Origin: Squalus acanthias
Taxonomy: Eukaryota
Assembly: GCA_030390025.1 (NCBI GenBank)
Contig: CM059431.1
Coordinates: 142,540,001 to 142,604,000, forward strand
DNA: 64,000 bases
Reading direction: 5' to 3'
The number at the start of each line of letters is the position of its first letter. Positions within the stretch are counted from its first letter, which is position 1. This document shows, one piece after another, positions 61,901 to 64,000 of the stretch. The notes beneath the pieces are model-generated. The model saw nothing but the letters and a program-made list of their open reading frames with translations, had not been told where the DNA came from and did no database searches. Both the position numbers and the translations under genes were made by a program.

Positions 61901-63699
61901 GATTCTTGTGCTGAGGATCTCGTCTCCGCTCTCAGTACAAACCACTCACTGACGGTTCTGCTCCTGGGTGATAATAAACTGGGAGATTCAGGAGTGAAAC
62001 TACTGTCAGCGGCTCTGAGGAACCCGGACTGTAAAATACATCTACTGGGGTAAGTACCAGTCTGTGTGAGATTGTATTTATAATAACTGGATGTCTGACA
62101 CTGTACATTATTATTAGTATCAGTAATAGTGTTATTAATAAACACTGGGGATTTACTCTGATTCCTGCTAATTTTTCTCTCTCTCCTCTCAGGCTGGATA
62201 ATAACGGTCTCACAGATTCTTGTACCAAGGACCTCGTCTCCGCTCTCAGTACAAACCGCTCACTGACGGTTCTGAACCTGAGTAATAATAAACTGGGAGA
62301 TTCAGGAGTGAAACTACTGTCTGCGGCTCTGAGGGACCTGGACTGTAAAATACAGAAACTGGAGTAAGTACCAGACTGTGGGAGATTGTGTTTACAGTAA
62401 CTGGATGTCTGACATTTTACACTATTATTAGTATCAGTAATAATGGCCCAAAAATTCGGCCGTTCTCGGGTGAGTACTCAGTGCGTACTCACCCGTATTC
62501 ATTTCTGAAGTGCCGGTTTCCTGCATGCACTGCGCATGCGCGGGAAACCGGCACTTCCGGTATGGCGAAGGGGGCGGTTCCTAGGTGAACCGCGTGCGCA
62601 CTAGAGGCTGCGCGCACGCAGCACACTTAGGGTTTTTTTCAGGTTTCTACGCGAGGGTAAGTATTGAAGATTCTACGCTAGTAAAAAGGAGGCGTAAGAC
62701 CCCTTTTGAACAAGGTAAGTAGTTAATTAAGTATAATTTTACATTTTTTTCAACAGGTTTATCTTTTTTAGAGACTTTAAAGAAAAGTAAGTTTATTTTT
62801 ATAACTTTTAAAAAGTATTTTAATTTTTTCAAAATTTTAAATTTTTGTTTAAAGTGGTTAATTTATTTAACTATAGTTATTTTATTAATGTGATGGTTTT
62901 TTTAAAAAATTTATTTGAGGTTTAGCTGTTCTTTTGGGGCCGATTTCAATTCACAGATTTGACAGGTCTCCTGTCAAATCGATGAATGAAAGATGGTCTG
63001 CTGCCATTGGCTCTCCATGGCCCACGTGATCCCAGGGGTCGCATCGCACTAACTGCGCCCCTGGGACAGGCAAGCACTGCGCGCCGGCAGTTGGGAGAGG
63101 CCCAGCAGGACCCGAGGTTCCTGTGGGGGCAAACAAGAACGGCAGACGCGGTAAGTGATATCGCGCGCGATCCTTACCCCTGCGGCAAGCCTCAGAATAG
63201 AATTTCTCGGCCAATGTTATTAATAAACACTGGGGATTTACTCTGATTCCTGTTATTTCTCTCTGATCCCCAGGCTGGCTGATGTCGGTCTCACAGATTC
63301 TTGTGCCGAGGATCTCGTCTTCGCTCTCAGTACAATCCGTTCACTGATGGTTCTGGACCTGGGATCAAACTCCTTCACAGACCGATCTGTCCCCGCTCTC
63401 CGCCGACTCATATTGACCTGCAGGAGTCTGCAGTGGATCCGGTGAGTGAATGTGTTAATGTTTAATGTAAGAAATAAAATATCAATGGGATTCAGTCACT
63501 AGTATGGGTAATAATTGTCTAATTATTATTGAAATATTAACCCCAGTCTCCCTGTTATTTACACTGTTGTTCAATCTGTTTATTTCCTGTTCAATCTTTA
63601 ATCTGTTTCAGACTGTGGGGGAATCAGTTCAGTTCAACCGGAGAGAATCAGCTGAAGTCACTTCAGGGAACCAGACGCGGACTGAGTGTTGAAGTGTGA
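34958..63699 (+). CDS. NLR receptor (CARD-like death fold + NACHT + LRR), 11 coding exons, ~1032 aa
   Basis: Exons 34958-35021, 39495-39661, 48160-48331, 48438-48503, 58189-59962, 61345-61431, 61571-61741, 61879-62049, 62193-62363, 63274-63441, 63612-63699; all GT-AG, phases compatible, 3099 nt open frame. Confidence 0.88.
35200..35310 (-). mobile_element. Degenerate Penelope 3'-end fragment
   Basis: CAGCAGGTCAGGCAGC...TTTCAGGTCGATGACCTT matches the family end. Confidence 0.7.
35415..39280 (-). mobile_element. Near full-length CR1 LINE including ORF1, degenerate
   Basis: ORF1 with CGKC and coiled coil (39066-39317) and SGNH-esterase-like domain (IVVGD, VVHIGTN, DGFHLN; 38416-39018); ORF2 endonuclease and RT fragments; 3' tail. 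Confidence 0.9.
39750..40530. repeat. Minisatellite, 54-bp unit
   Basis: Tandem CCATTACTGTTAATATCCCACCTAGTCTAATCCCAACCTCCTGCTCACTAC-like units; the 18-aa periodic ORFs are artefacts of it. Confidence 0.93.
41062..41770 (-). mobile_element. CR1 LINE 3' fragment
   Basis: ORFs 41150-41449 and 41427-41762; splits a short tandem repeat (40925-41060 / 41771-41845). Confidence 0.9.
41924..42371 (-). mobile_element. Penelope 3'-end copy with an intact hammerhead motif (42022-42058)
   Basis: AGUU-CUGACGA-A-AGGUC-UUC-GACCU-GAAAC-GUU-AACU; candidate TSD TATTAGTA at 41916-41923 and 42372-42379. Confidence 0.82.
42382..43532 (+). mobile_element. Possible solo LTR
   Basis: Starts TGT, TATA-like TATAAATA at ~42924, AATAAA at ~43180, possible CA end; no TSD found. 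Confidence 0.35.
43560..44240 (+). mobile_element. Old L2 LINE remnant
   Basis: Similar to 32370-33060 (GGGAAGACTGAAGCCAT...CTCTGGAATTC). Confidence 0.7.
44255..47367 (-). mobile_element. CR1 LINE with nearly intact ORF2
   Basis: Consecutive ORFs 45907-47367 (APE endonuclease), 45214-45882 (RT, FADD) and 44421-45230, broken by one stop and one frameshift. Confidence 0.95.
48570..52680 (-). mobile_element. CR1 LINE remnant with a nested CR1 fragment (~49880-50905)
   Basis: CR1 ORF2 fragments similar to 2762-4900; the inner copy has its own (CATAGAAT) tail. Confidence 0.88.
52685..55070. repeat. Minisatellite, 39-bp unit, interrupted by a CR1 tail (54125-54318)
   Basis: Tandem CCTGGCAGGATCCTGATACACTGTGAAACCCCATACACA. 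Confidence 0.96.
55301..55640 (+). mobile_element. Penelope 3'-end copy with a mutated hammerhead
   Basis: CTGACGA-A-AGGTC-TTC-GACCT-GAACT at 55513-55538; 9-bp TSD TGAAAAGAT at 55292-55300 and 55641-55649. Confidence 0.82.
56525..57770. repeat. ~87-bp tandem repeat split by an L2 remnant (56812-57375, minus strand)
   Basis: ATTCACAGTCTGTCC..CAGTGCACACAATACCACAGATAACCTGCCC units on both sides; L2 [20 protein letters not shown]...LIQNSAA. Confidence 0.85.
58189..59962 (+). CDS. NACHT exon of the NLR gene
   Basis: Walker [16 protein letters not shown], Walker [11 protein letters not shown], sensor 1 VLVTSRP, winged-helix FPHLTIQEF. Confidence 0.96.
60418..61011. promoter_or_regulatory. Intronic cluster of NF-kB, IRF and STAT-like motifs
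   Basis: GGGAATTCCC 60661, GGGAACTTCC 60709, GAAAATTCCC 60719, GGGAAGTTTCC 60418, AAAGTGAAA 60785, TTCCGGGAA 61003. Confidence 0.4.
61345..63441 (+). repeat. Tandemly duplicated LRR exon + intron units (~310 bp)
   Basis: 171-nt phase-2 exons encoding [47 protein letters not shown]; the introns are also near-identical. Confidence 0.93.
62445..63212 (+). mobile_element. Harbinger-family MITE in an NLR LRR intron (768 bp)
   Basis: TIRs GGCCCAAAAATTC / GAATTTCTCGGCC; TSD AAT at 62442-62444 and 63213-63215; colinear with the 10042 MITE; sibling introns show the empty site. Confidence 0.92.
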
Positions 63700-64000
63700 A
63701 CTTTTCAATTGATGACTCACTGGTCTCATCATAGAACCATTTATGGCCGATTTTCTGCCCCTCCCCTTTAAGAGGCCGAGATCCAGGTTTAAATCCTATC
63801 GGCCCCTTTATGGTTTTCCAGCTCGAGCTGCGAGGGTGTCATCTCCCATTGTGAGGTCAGAGGCCCAGCCACAGGGTCCCGAGACTCAGCCGCCCGGCCC
63901 CACAGCGCTGCTTCTGCAGGATATCCGGGGCTGAATGTTCCCCAATGGGGCACTGGGGAAATGCACAGACAGGAAGGGCCCAGGGTGGGGCTCAGTCTGG

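Noticed and set aside
58189..63699. Assignment of a symbol such as NLRP3, NLRC3 or NOD1
   Set aside because: No pyrin domain recognised, and orthology cannot be established without a phylogeny
63745..64000. Possible start of another MITE (GGCCGATTTTC)
   Set aside because: Only weak TIR similarity, and the other end would lie outside the window

Overview
This is a repeat-dense vertebrate genomic window, most likely from a cartilaginous fish (inferred from the CR1/L2/RTE/Penelope and HE1-like repeat content). One complete host gene can be assembled by hand: an 11-coding-exon NLR innate-immune receptor on the + strand (34958-63699, about 1032 aa) with an N-terminal CARD-like death fold, a NACHT domain and tandem 171-nt LRR exons. 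Upstream, about 10 kb of nested transposons (10042-20165) sits inside an apparently duplicated CCAAT-rich promoter. The nest holds a PIF/Harbinger element with an intact DDE transposase and a disrupted, spliced Myb/SANT partner gene, two related MITEs, and a young 5'-truncated Penelope-like element (RT + GIY-YIG). That Penelope family and several 100-450 bp derivatives, some folded back on themselves and most with clear target-site duplications, carry minimal hammerhead ribozyme motifs. The rest is CR1/L2/RTE LINE debris, several minisatellite arrays, a CpG-rich promoter facing left, and a possible solo LTR. All calls were made by eye with no database search, and the ends of degenerate repeats are approximate.
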